The notes: generated by a model from the sequence alone, not told the origin. 64,000 nucleotides of DNA from an uncultured Myxococcales bacterium (GCA_903857665.1 CAIOFV010000159.1:1894-65893), one strand, 5' to 3'; numbered from the stretch's first letter, positions 49,198-57,962 are shown. Numbers and translations are program-made.

Positions 49198-50961
49198 TCA
49201 CGCCCCGGCGAACGGCCGATCCCCCGTTGCAGGCACGGACGCCGCGACACCCGCCGCCTTGTCCGGCCAGTGCAACTGGAACCCCACGCCCGTGATGATC
49301 GAGGCGTCCAGCACATCGACCTTCCCGTCTTCCGGCAGCACGATGTGGGCGCCGGGCGCCGCGTCCAGGATGTCGCGCTGGATGTCGATGCCGGGGGCGA
49401 CCTGGTACAGTTCGACGCCGCGCTCGGTCAGTCGGAAGTTGCCGACGTTGGTGCAGTAGAAGACGTGCTGGCCCTTCTTCAACGCCTCGTGGGCGCTGAA
49501 GGTGATCTCCTCGACATGCTCGACGAACTTCGGGATGCCGGGCTTCTGGATCACCAGCTTGCCATCGACCAGCGCCATCTGCGCCCGGGCCATCCACTGC
49601 CCGATGAAGATGATGTTGCGCGCGTACGTGACCAGGTTGATGAAGCCGCCCGGGCCGACGTACTCCTTCACCTTGGACGACTTCTTGGACACGTTGACGT
49701 TGCCGGCGGCGTCGGCCTGCAGCAGGCCCAGGATCGTCACGTCCAGGTGCTCCTCGATGTAGTGGAACATCTGGGCCGACGTGATCAGTTTTTCGGGGTT
49801 GATGGCCATCCCGAAGAAGAACCCCGGGGCCGGCGTTCCGCCGATGACGCCCGTTTCGATCATGAACGTGATGTCCGGGCCCAGGCCGCCCTCGGTGGCC
49901 AGCCGGCCGACCTCCTGGGGCAGGCCGTAGCCGATGACCGTGCGCACGCCGGGATGGCCCGCCGCCGCGAACACCGCAGCAGCCTGGCGAGCCAGCGCGT
50001 GGTCGACGGGACCGCGCACCGGGTCCAGCTTGATGACCTTGTTGAACACGGCCAGCCGCTCCATCGTCGGCTTGATCGGGGCGCTCTGGCCCAGCGTGAA
50101 CTCCTTCAGGCACGTGCGCTGGGGGATCATCAGGGTCTGCTCGTTCCGCGGGTTCACGACGATCGCGTCCACCTGGTCGGCACGCAGGAAGATGGCCGCG
50201 TCGTCGCGCGGGATGACGCCGGTCACGGAAATGATCACCACGCCGCCGTTGGCGCGAGCCGCAAGCGCGCCTTCGAGGACCTCGGTGTAGATCGCCGATT
50301 CCTTCATGTAGACGTTGCCATCGGGGTCGGCATAGGTCGCCATCAGCGCTGTCGCGGTGATCTTCGGGATCCGGTAGCGCAGCTTGTCGCCTTCCACCTC
50401 GACCAACTGGGGCCCCTTGCCCGGCTCCACCTGCGTGCCCGCGCCTACACGCGGGTCCATGAACGTCCCGACACCCACGTCGGTGAGGACCGAGTCCTCG
50501 CCCCGCCCCTGGGCCTCGATCAGGTGCGTGATGGTGCCCTGCGGCAGCACCGACAACTGGACTTCGCCCCGATCGGCCATGGCCAGCACGGCCGTGACCG
50601 TTTCGTGGTGTCCGCTGATGAACCATTTCATCAGGCCCTTCTTGCAGCACTCCTCGACGCTGCCGGGGGCCTTCCCGCGGGCGCCCGCGCCGCCGGCGCT
50701 GATCCACGTGACGTTCGCCGGGTGGCCGGTGCGCTGGAACGAGTCGCGCACCAGGTGGTAGCACGTCGATGGACGCATGCTGGCGGTCATGCCGCAGCCC
50801 ACGATCACGGCCTCGTCGGGGATCAGCGACGCGGCCTCGCGGCCCGTCATGAACTTCTTGCTGTTGACGTTGGAGGGCTTGTAGTCGAGGTCGATCTTGC
50901 CCTTGTTGATGACCCACGTCACGACCTGCTTCATCACCGACAGTTTCATCCAAAGGCCCAT
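49198..50961 (-). CDS. family-I acyl-CoA:carboxylate CoA-transferase (fused alpha/beta; propionate-CoA-transferase/YdiF-like)
   Basis: 587 aa. ATG 50961 lies 6 nt after GGAGGA. The N-terminal extension has strong GC3, so it is coding. SAGGAG...TDVGVGTFMDPR matches the Pct/YdiF architecture. Catalytic Glu region near GGFINL. Confidence 0.7.
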   Translation of the reverse strand: MGLWMKLSVMKQVVTWVINKGKIDLDYKPSNVNSKKFMTGREAASLIPDEAVIVGCGMTASMRPSTCYHLVRDSFQRTGHPANVTWISAGGAGARGKAPGSVEECCKKGLMKWFISGHHETVTAVLAMADRGEVQLSVLPQGTITHLIEAQGRGEDSVLTDVGVGTFMDPRVGAGTQVEPGKGPQLVEVEGDKLRYRIPKITATALMATYADPDGNVYMKESAIYTEVLEGALAARANGGVVIISVTGVIPRDDAAIFLRADQVDAIVVNPRNEQTLMIPQRTCLKEFTLGQSAPIKPTMERLAVFNKVIKLDPVRGPVDHALARQAAAVFAAAGHPGVRTVIGYGLPQEVGRLATEGGLGPDITFMIETGVIGGTPAPGFFFGMAINPEKLITSAQMFHYIEEHLDVTILGLLQADAAGNVNVSKKSSKVKEYVGPGGFINLVTYARNIIFIGQWMARAQMALVDGKLVIQKPGIPKFVEHVEEITFSAHEALKKGQHVFYCTNVGNFRLTERGVELYQVAPGIDIQRDILDAAPGAHIVLPEDGKVDVLDASIITGVGFQLHWPDKAAGVAASVPATGDRPFAGA

Positions 50962-51300
50962 CTTGTCCTCCGAGTGCGTCTTCGACAGGGTTCCGATCGC
51001 GGCGGCATTGTCCTACAGAACGGGTCCATGAAGAAAGCGGGATTCTGCACGGGCGGAAGTCACGGTCCGCCGCTCGCTCCGGACGAAGACGGCCAGGCAC
51101 ACGAGGCCACCCGGCACGAACGCGACGCCCGCGGTCCCCGGCGGCATCGACAGGCCGCCCCTCAGCGACGCCGGTCCCGCGGCATGGATGACGGCCCGTC
51201 CCGTCAGGGAATCCCCTACCCGCCTTCCGGTAGCATCCCCAATGCGCAGCGACTCGCGAAATGACACGATGCGCCATGCTTCGCCAGGGTCGGAGGATCC

Positions 51301-52650
51301 GTGATCCCGCAGGGAAGCCCCCCATTCGCCGACGTCGTGCTCTTCGACAAGGCCGCCGATCCTTCGCCACGAAGCCTCCTGGAGGCCGGCAGCCCGGAGG
51401 ACAGCGAAGCCCGCTACTCTGCGCTGGCCGAGACGCTCGAGCGGCGGGTGGCCGACCGCACCGCCGAACTGGAATTCCGGGCGACGCAGTTGCAGACCCT
51501 GGCCGCCGAGCTGACCAAGGCCGAACAACGCGAACGGGCCCGCCTGGCGAAGGAGCTTCACGACCACCTCCAGCAACTGCTCGTGGCGGCCAAGTTGAGG
51601 GTCGGGCTGCTTCCACGGATGACGGTCGATCCCGATCTGCCTACGGCCGCGCGGGAGATCGAAAGGCTGCTGGCGGAATCGATCCAGGCGGTCCGGGCGT
51701 TGACGGCCGACCTCAGCCCGCTGGTGCTCCATGACCGGGGCCTGGTCGCCGCGCTGGAATGGCTGGCCCGCTGGATGCGGGAAAAGCACCGGTTCGAAAT
51801 CGAGCTGGACCTGGACGAAGGCGCCGAGCCGGCCGACGACGCCGTTCGCATCCTGCTGTTTGCATCGGTTCGCGAACTGCTGCTGAACGCGGTGAAGCAT
51901 TCGGGCTTGGACCGGGCGCGGGTGACGCTGCATCGGGACGAACGGAACCAGGTCCGGCTGGTGGTCGAGGACCGCGGGGCGGGATTCGACCTGTCTTCGC
52001 TGCGCTCCGACGAACGGCTCACCGGGGGCTACGGCCTGTTCAGCATCCGCGAGCGACTGGACAACCTGGGCGGACGGATGAGCGTGGACAGCGCCCCCGG
52101 GCGCGGCGCCCGTATCACGCTGGTCGCACCGGTGTCCCTCCGGACGCAGGCGCCCGCCGACGGGAGCGCCACTGACCCGGCAACGACGACGCCACTTGCC
52201 GAACCGCGGAAGGACGCCCGGATCCGCCTGTTGCTGGCGGACGACCACGAGGCCCTCCGGCAGGGACTGGCCAGCCTGCTGGCCCTGGAGCCGGACTTCG
52301 ACGTGGCCGGCCAGGCGTCCGACGGGCGGGAAGCGGTGCAACTGGCGGCCAGCCTGCATCCCGACGTCGTGATCATGGATGTGACCATGCCGGTCATGGA
52401 CGGCGTCGAAGCCACGCGACGCATCACCCGTGATCTTCCGGGCGTACGAGTCATCGGCCTGTCCCTTCACGAGACCCTGGACATGGCCCGGGCCATGAAG
52501 GAGGCCGGAGCCACGGCCTACCTCAGCAAGGGCGGGTCCGCCGACCTCCTGATCGCGGCCATCCGGAACCCGGGCGATGCCGCGCAGACGGAACCGGGAG
52601 GTCGTCTTCCGACGGCCGTCGGCACGATCCAGAAGCCGCTGGCGTCCTGA
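51301..52650 (+). CDS. cytoplasmic hybrid histidine kinase (HisKA_3 + HATPase_c) fused to a receiver domain, no sensor or output domain
   Basis: GTG 51301 lies 4 nt after GGAGGA. H-box ELHDHLQQLL (NarX/DesK type). N-box LLLNAVKHS. DRGAGF. GGYGLFSIRERL. Then REC (IRLLLADDHE...DVVIMDVTMPVMDG...K). No TM helices. Confidence 0.75.
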   Translation: MIPQGSPPFADVVLFDKAADPSPRSLLEAGSPEDSEARYSALAETLERRVADRTAELEFRATQLQTLAAELTKAEQRERARLAKELHDHLQQLLVAAKLRVGLLPRMTVDPDLPTAAREIERLLAESIQAVRALTADLSPLVLHDRGLVAALEWLARWMREKHRFEIELDLDEGAEPADDAVRILLFASVRELLLNAVKHSGLDRARVTLHRDERNQVRLVVEDRGAGFDLSSLRSDERLTGGYGLFSIRERLDNLGGRMSVDSAPGRGARITLVAPVSLRTQAPADGSATDPATTTPLAEPRKDARIRLLLADDHEALRQGLASLLALEPDFDVAGQASDGREAVQLAASLHPDVVIMDVTMPVMDGVEATRRITRDLPGVRVIGLSLHETLDMARAMKEAGATAYLSKGGSADLLIAAIRNPGDAAQTEPGGRLPTAVGTIQKPLAS

Positions 52651-52731
52651 CCCCGCCCGCAATTCTGCCGGCCACAAGTTTCACGCCTGACATATGATCC
52701 GTTTGGAACATCAACGCGGAGGAGCGCAACC

Positions 52732-53073
52732 ATGGCCTCGATCCGAAGGAAGGAACAGGCGACGGCGCTGGCGTCCATCTTGTCGAACCCGTTGAGGCTC
52801 GCGATCGTGGACCGGCTCCGAGGTGGTCCGTCGATCGTGGGCGTTCTGGTCGATGACGTCGGCGAAAGCCAGGCCACGGTGTCCAAGCAGCTCGGCATCT
52901 TGAGGGACGCGGGCCTTCTGCAATGCCGGCCCGAGGGCCGCTGCCGCGAGTACGCGCTTGCCGATCCTCCGCTGGTCGATGCGGTGATGGAGGCCCTGTT
53001 CGCCCTGGCGGCGCAGGCGGCAGCCACGGGAGCGAAGTGCCGGTCGCGGCGCGCGGCCCGGGCCGCGGGGTAG
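52732..53073 (+). CDS. ArsR/SmtB-family winged-helix transcriptional regulator
   Basis: ATG lies after GGAGGAG. LASILSNPLRLAIVDRL...SQATVSKQLGILRDAGLL is the ArsR HTH. Cys pair CRPEGRC near the C-terminus; no ELCVCD metal site. Confidence 0.75.
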   Translation: MASIRRKEQATALASILSNPLRLAIVDRLRGGPSIVGVLVDDVGESQATVSKQLGILRDAGLLQCRPEGRCREYALADPPLVDAVMEALFALAAQAAATGAKCRSRRAARAAG

Positions 53074-53106
53074 CACGAGCCCTTCGAACACGCGAGGACA
53101 CGGACG

Positions 53107-53541
53107 ATGGACCGGGCATCGCGATTCTGCCGCCGGACCTTCCTGGGGGACGCCTGGCGCACCGTCGCATGGGGCGCCGCCGGGGTGGTCACGCTGGGGC
53201 TCGCGGGCATGCTTCGCCACGTGGTCGGACGGACGATCGACATTCCCCTCCCCGCGGACCTGCTGGAACGCGCGGGCCGCCAGGACGGGGTGCAGGTGGA
53301 CGGGATCTTCGTGCGGTGGAGCGGGGATACGCCGACGGCCTTCAGCCTGCGGTGCACGCACCTGGGCTGCCGGACCCGCCCCGACCCGGCGTCGGGCGGG
53401 TTCGCGTGCCCCTGCCATGGCAGTCGGTTCGACCGCGAGGGGGCGGTGATCCGGGGCCCGGCGGAAGCCCCCCTGGCCCGGGTGCCCGTGCGGCTCGAGG
53501 GGGCGCGGTGGATCGCCACGGTGGAGGCGGACCATGGGTGA
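53107..53541 (+). CDS. Tat-exported Rieske [2Fe-2S] protein
   Basis: Twin-arginine motif CRRTFLG plus a hydrophobic stretch. Rieske boxes CTHLGC and CPCHGS. Confidence 0.8.
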   Translation: MDRASRFCRRTFLGDAWRTVAWGAAGVVTLGLAGMLRHVVGRTIDIPLPADLLERAGRQDGVQVDGIFVRWSGDTPTAFSLRCTHLGCRTRPDPASGGFACPCHGSRFDREGAVIRGPAEAPLARVPVRLEGARWIATVEADHG

Positions 53542-54379
53542 ACGGCCTGCGGACGGCCATCGCTTCGGGGCGCTGTCGCTGGGGTTCCTGGCCGTCACGG
53601 TCCTGTCGGGCGTGGCCCTTGTGCCCATGTATCGGCCGGAGGACGCCCTGGCGTCCGTCGAGGCCATCCACGGCGCCATTCCAGGCGCGTGGCTGATCCG
53701 GGCGGTACACGCCTTCGCGGCGCTGGGATTCCTGCTGTCCACGGTCATCCACCTGGCGCAGGTAGTCGTGCGGGGCGACGTCGGGCGGGTGCCGGCCGGC
53801 ATCTGGTGGCGCAGCACGCTGCTGCTGCCGATCGCCGTCGCGGGCATGCTGACCGGCTTCCTGCTGCGCGGGGATGCGGAGGCGATCGCTGCGATGGCGG
53901 TGGGACGGGGCGTGCTGGGGTCGGTACCCTGGATCGGCGAGGGCCTCGCGACGCTGCTGCTGGGTCCGCCGGGGGCCGGGTTGGGCCCGGTGGCGCTTCA
54001 CCATGCGGGCACGCTGACGGTGCTGCCGTGGCTGCTGTCGTTCGAGCACGGTCGCCGCGCGTGGCCGGACCTCCGGTCGTTGGTGACGGCCCTGCTGGCT
54101 TCGATCGCGATCGCCGGCATCGTGCCCGTGGCGCCCGGGCCCGCCGAAGGGGCCGCCGGCCGCCTGCTGGGGCCGTGGTACCTGCTGGGCCTTCAGGGAA
54201 TGCTGCTGGACCTGCCCGTCGTCACCGCGTGGATCGTCCCCGCGGCCGCCGTGCTGGGCGTCGGGATGCTGGCGCACGTCCGGGGGCGGGCGCGGACCGC
54301 TGTGATGGCAGGCCTGGGGGGCGTCGCGGTGGCGTGGGTCGGCTGGACCGTGCGACTGCTGGTCGCGGGGGCGGGATGA
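53534..54379 (+). CDS. cytochrome b/b6-like membrane protein (short, ~7 TM)
   Basis: ATG overlaps the Rieske gene 3' end. His pairs in TM B (AVHAFAAL...VIHLAQ) and TM D (ALHHAG...) as in the cyt b N-terminal domain. Only 281 aa. Confidence 0.65.
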   Translation: MGERPADGHRFGALSLGFLAVTVLSGVALVPMYRPEDALASVEAIHGAIPGAWLIRAVHAFAALGFLLSTVIHLAQVVVRGDVGRVPAGIWWRSTLLLPIAVAGMLTGFLLRGDAEAIAAMAVGRGVLGSVPWIGEGLATLLLGPPGAGLGPVALHHAGTLTVLPWLLSFEHGRRAWPDLRSLVTALLASIAIAGIVPVAPGPAEGAAGRLLGPWYLLGLQGMLLDLPVVTAWIVPAAAVLGVGMLAHVRGRARTAVMAGLGGVAVAWVGWTVRLLVAGAG

Positions 54380-56241
54380 CGCGGTTCCCACGCACGCTGG
54401 CGGTGCTGATCGTCGCGGCCGCCGTGGGCCTCGGGACGGCCTTCGTCAGGGAGGCCCGGCGCGACGACGCCACCGGTCGCGGCCCGGACCGCGCGGGAGG
54501 GCGGACCGAGCGGTGCCTGACCTGCCATGACCGCCCCGACGAAAGCCCCGGCGGGGCCCACGCGGCCGAGGCGATCGGCTGCGAGGCGTGCCACCTGGGA
54601 AACCCCTGGGCCTTCGACAGGGAACGGGCCCACGCCGGGCTCGAACGGGAACCCGGCGCGCTGGACACCGTGGGACGCACCTGCGGCCGCGAGGGGTGCC
54701 ACGCCCGGGAGGCGGGTCGGGTCGCGACCTCGCTGATGGCCACGGGGCGCGGGTTGATCGCGGTGGATCGGTGGGTGCTGGGCGAAACACCCGGACCCGA
54801 CGGAACGGAGGGCTTCGCCGCGCTGCTGGCCACTCCCCGACCTACGCCGGCGCAGGATCACCTGCGGCGCAATTGCGCGGGATGCCACCTGCGGACCCGG
54901 GGGGACAACCGCGACGACGCGGTCCGGGGGATCGGATCGGGATGCGGCTCGTGCCACGCCACGCGCAAGGCCGCGCTGACGATGCGCGCCCACGTGCCGG
55001 TGGATGCGAAGGTGCCCGACGATCGCTGCCTGGGCTGCCACAGCCGCAGCGGCCGGATCAGCCTGTCGTACGCCGGGCTGGCGGAAACAAAGCCGGACCA
55101 GCCTGCGCTCGAGGGGAACGTCCGGTTGTTCGACGGACGACCTGCGACGCGGGCGGCGACAGACGTCCATCACGAAAAGGGCCTGGGTTGCACGGACTGC
55201 CACCTGCACACGGACGTGATGGGCGACGGGAACGCGCATGCCCACCAGGAGCAGCAGGTCGCGATCACCTGCGAGGCCTGCCACGGGCCCGTCCAGGAGC
55301 AGGACGAGCGGCCCTGGGCGACGGTCGATGACCCGATCACCCGGGACCTGCTGCGAATGCGGACGACGGAACGGACGCCCCTGGAACCGGCCCGCCTGGG
55401 ACGCCGGGGAGTCCCTGTGTGGAACGCGCGACCGATGGCCGCGCTGCCGGTCGAGGCGCGCCCCGCAGCCGGCGCGGACGGCCGGTCGGCGCCTTGGACA
55501 CTGCAAGGCAAGACCGACGGCCGGGAACACCCGGTGCGGCAGACCCCGGCCGACCCCGATCATCGCCTGGCCGGACACCGCCGCCTGTCCTGCCAGTCCT
55601 GCCACTCGGCCTGGGCTCCCTCCTGCACGACCTGCCACACCCGCTACGCTCCCGAAGGCCGCCAGTGGGACTTCGGTCGGGGCGCCGTTGCAGGCGGGGA
55701 ATGGGTCGAGGAGTCGGAGCGGTTCGGCTGGGGAGCGTCCGCCCTCGCCGTTCAGGGCGACCGGATCGTGCCGGCGATCCCGGGCATGGTGCTGACGGCC
55801 GACCTGGGCGCGTCCGAAGGCGCGCACGTTTCGCGACGCCTGTACGCGGCAATCGACCCGCACACGACCCGGAAGGAGTCGCGGTCGTGCGCGTCCTGCC
55901 ACGCCTCGTCGATCGCGCTGGGCCTGGGCACGGGGACGCTGGACCTGGGCATCGACGGGCCGCGCTTCGTGCCGGCCGAGCCGCGGTCCGACCAGCCCGC
56001 CGACGCCCGCGACGGGTGGGTGTCGCTGTTCCCGGAGGCGCCGGCCCCGGGCACCCGGACGGACGTCCGTTCCCTGGACGCCCCCGAGCAGCGCCGCACG
56101 CTGCGCGTGGCCCCGTGCCTGCCCTGCCACGCGAAATCGGCGGACGCGATCTACCGGGATTTCGATCGGTCGGTGAAGACGCTTCTGGACGGGGGAAGCC
56201 GGTGCACGTTCGAGGCCCCGCGATGGATCGGAGTTCGGTAG
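54376..56241 (+). CDS. multihaem c-type cytochrome (11 CxxCH + 1 CxxxxCH)
   Basis: ATG 54376 overlaps the cyt b stop (ATGA). N-terminal signal/anchor MTRFPRTLAVLIVAAAVGLGTAF. Haem motifs CLTCH, CEACH, CGREGCH, CAGCH, CGSCH, CLGCH, CTDCH, CEACH, CQSCH, CTTCH, CASCH, CLPCH. Confidence 0.85.
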   Translation: MTRFPRTLAVLIVAAAVGLGTAFVREARRDDATGRGPDRAGGRTERCLTCHDRPDESPGGAHAAEAIGCEACHLGNPWAFDRERAHAGLEREPGALDTVGRTCGREGCHAREAGRVATSLMATGRGLIAVDRWVLGETPGPDGTEGFAALLATPRPTPAQDHLRRNCAGCHLRTRGDNRDDAVRGIGSGCGSCHATRKAALTMRAHVPVDAKVPDDRCLGCHSRSGRISLSYAGLAETKPDQPALEGNVRLFDGRPATRAATDVHHEKGLGCTDCHLHTDVMGDGNAHAHQEQQVAITCEACHGPVQEQDERPWATVDDPITRDLLRMRTTERTPLEPARLGRRGVPVWNARPMAALPVEARPAAGADGRSAPWTLQGKTDGREHPVRQTPADPDHRLAGHRRLSCQSCHSAWAPSCTTCHTRYAPEGRQWDFGRGAVAGGEWVEESERFGWGASALAVQGDRIVPAIPGMVLTADLGASEGAHVSRRLYAAIDPHTTRKESRSCASCHASSIALGLGTGTLDLGIDGPRFVPAEPRSDQPADARDGWVSLFPEAPAPGTRTDVRSLDAPEQRRTLRVAPCLPCHAKSADAIYRDFDRSVKTLLDGGSRCTFEAPRWIGVR

Positions 56242-56249
56242 GGGAATCG

Positions 56250-57437
56250 CTAGCAGCCGCCGCCCTTCTTGGCGGGGGCGGGGGCGTCGTCGCGAACCGG
56301 CGCCACGACCGGGCGAACGGCGGGGGGCGGAGCCTGGACCTTCGCGCCGCTGAAGTATGCGACCAGGGCCGACCGCAGGCGCCAGTCGGCCAGCACCGCA
56401 GGGGATGCGTCCGCCGGCGCCGCGGCCACCGACAGGATGCCGGACTCGAACGCGGGGAAGCCGCCGGCCAGCACCGCGACGTCGCCCTTGAACCGGCGCG
56501 CGCCCTCGGGCGGGACCATGTCGCCCGCGCCGACCAGCACCAGCGTGCGCGACGACGGCAGGGACGCCAGGAACGCGCCGTCGGTGTCGTCCGCGGGCCG
56601 GCACAGCGAGCCCGGGATCCGCTTCACCGCGCACTCGGCCGCCGGGCGCAGGTCCGCGACCTGCACGGCGCCCGGGCGTTCGATCAGCGCCTTCGCCAGC
56701 GTCACCGCGTCCCACGAGGCCACGGTCCGTTCCGGAACCACCGGGACGGGCGCCGCGGGCAGCGCCATCGTCGCCAGGCCCAGCACTGCCGCCACGCCGA
56801 AACCCGCGAACACCTTGTTGCGCGTCGGGGCCGACGCCGCCGGCGGTTCCTCGCCGCGGCTCTTGCCCAGGGTGCGCTCGACCCACTCGGCGAACAGGAA
56901 CGCCCCCACCGCCATCGCGGCGACGCCCGCGGCGATCACCGACTGCGGCACGCCCAGTTGGTCCGGCAGCCGCACGACGCCCATCGCGCCGCTGGTGTAG
57001 AAATCCGCCACCAGCGGGTACGCCAGGCCGAAGACCAGCGAGCCCGCAATCACACCGACAATCGTCATCAGGCCATCCCACTTGCCCGACGCCATGGACA
57101 CCCAGGACGTCCCGGGGCAGTAGCCCGACACGATGAAGCCGACGCCCAGCAGCAGCCCGCCGAAGATCTGCGGCCCCAGGAACGTTTCGGGCACCGTCAG
57201 CTGCGACATGTCCAGCAGGCCCACGCCCGACAGCACCGTCATGCCCAGCAGGGCCGTCACGATGGCCGAAAACATCACCTTCAGCACGCGCATGTCGGAC
57301 CCGTAGAACTGCGCGGCCAGGATCGGGGCCTGCCCGAAGCCCGAGCCCTCCAGCGTGAAGCCGAAGGCGATCCCGATCACCGTGCCCAGCACCAGGCTCG
57401 CCTCGTGACCGAAGTGCACCGAGAGGGGGAACATCAT
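56250..57437 (-). CDS. YeeE/YedE-family (DUF395) half-transporter fused to a C-terminal rhodanese-like sulfurtransferase domain
   Basis: ATG 57437 lies 9 nt after GGAGG and overlaps the upstream stop (ATGATG). GYCPGTS motif of the second YeeE repeat. The C-terminal ~150 aa (VQVADLRPAAECAVKRIPGSLCRPADD...) is rhodanese-like with a candidate active Cys. Confidence 0.7.
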   Translation of the reverse strand: MMFPLSVHFGHEASLVLGTVIGIAFGFTLEGSGFGQAPILAAQFYGSDMRVLKVMFSAIVTALLGMTVLSGVGLLDMSQLTVPETFLGPQIFGGLLLGVGFIVSGYCPGTSWVSMASGKWDGLMTIVGVIAGSLVFGLAYPLVADFYTSGAMGVVRLPDQLGVPQSVIAAGVAAMAVGAFLFAEWVERTLGKSRGEEPPAASAPTRNKVFAGFGVAAVLGLATMALPAAPVPVVPERTVASWDAVTLAKALIERPGAVQVADLRPAAECAVKRIPGSLCRPADDTDGAFLASLPSSRTLVLVGAGDMVPPEGARRFKGDVAVLAGGFPAFESGILSVAAAPADASPAVLADWRLRSALVAYFSGAKVQAPPPAVRPVVAPVRDDAPAPAKKGGGC

Positions 57438-57952
57438 CGCCACTGCCTCCGCACGAGGGGCGCGAACAGGTAGCCGCCGGCGAACACGCACATCATGAAC
57501 ACCCACGAACCCAGCGACAGCGCCGAGCCGCCCGTCAGCGCCTGGCCCGACGTGCAGCCGCGGCCGAACCGCGCCGCCACGCCCATCAGCAATCCGCCGA
57601 CGAACGCCAGGGCCAGCCGCGTCCACGGGGACACCGGCCGCTTGCCCATCGAGATGCCGCGGCGCATGCGCCCGGCCGAGTACGCGCCGAGGGCGCCGCC
57701 CAGCACGACACCCAGCACCTCGAACACCAGCCAGTCGTCCAGCACGTTCTTGCCGGGGCCGACGTACTCGGCGAAGTACGCGTTGGACTCGACGGCCTGC
57801 GGCGCGATCATGTCCGCGGCGCCGATCCCCAGGCGGTTCGCCGCGCCCGACGCGCCCAGACCGTTGCCCACGACCAGGAACGACCCCAGCAGCACCAGGC
57901 CGAGGACGACCCCGGCCACGTAGGGGTTCCAGAGCGGACGGGGAGACTGCAT
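57434..57952 (-). CDS. YeeE/YedE-family (DUF395) half-transporter (first repeat)
   Basis: ATG 57952 lies 7 nt after GGAGGTG. Conserved GRGCTSG motif. 172 aa, ~4 TM. Confidence 0.75.
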   Translation of the reverse strand: MQSPRPLWNPYVAGVVLGLVLLGSFLVVGNGLGASGAANRLGIGAADMIAPQAVESNAYFAEYVGPGKNVLDDWLVFEVLGVVLGGALGAYSAGRMRRGISMGKRPVSPWTRLALAFVGGLLMGVAARFGRGCTSGQALTGGSALSLGSWVFMMCVFAGGYLFAPLVRRQWR

Positions 57953-57962
57953 CACGCACCTC

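Noticed and set aside
56242-56300. GC-rich dyad gccgccgcccttcttggcgggggcggg between the convergent cytochrome c and yeeE::rhodanese genes, as a possible bidirectional terminator.
   Set aside because: It lies inside the C-terminal codons (PAKKGGGC*) of the minus-strand gene. The stem is imperfect and there is no T-tract. It could still act as a terminator, but I cannot support it.
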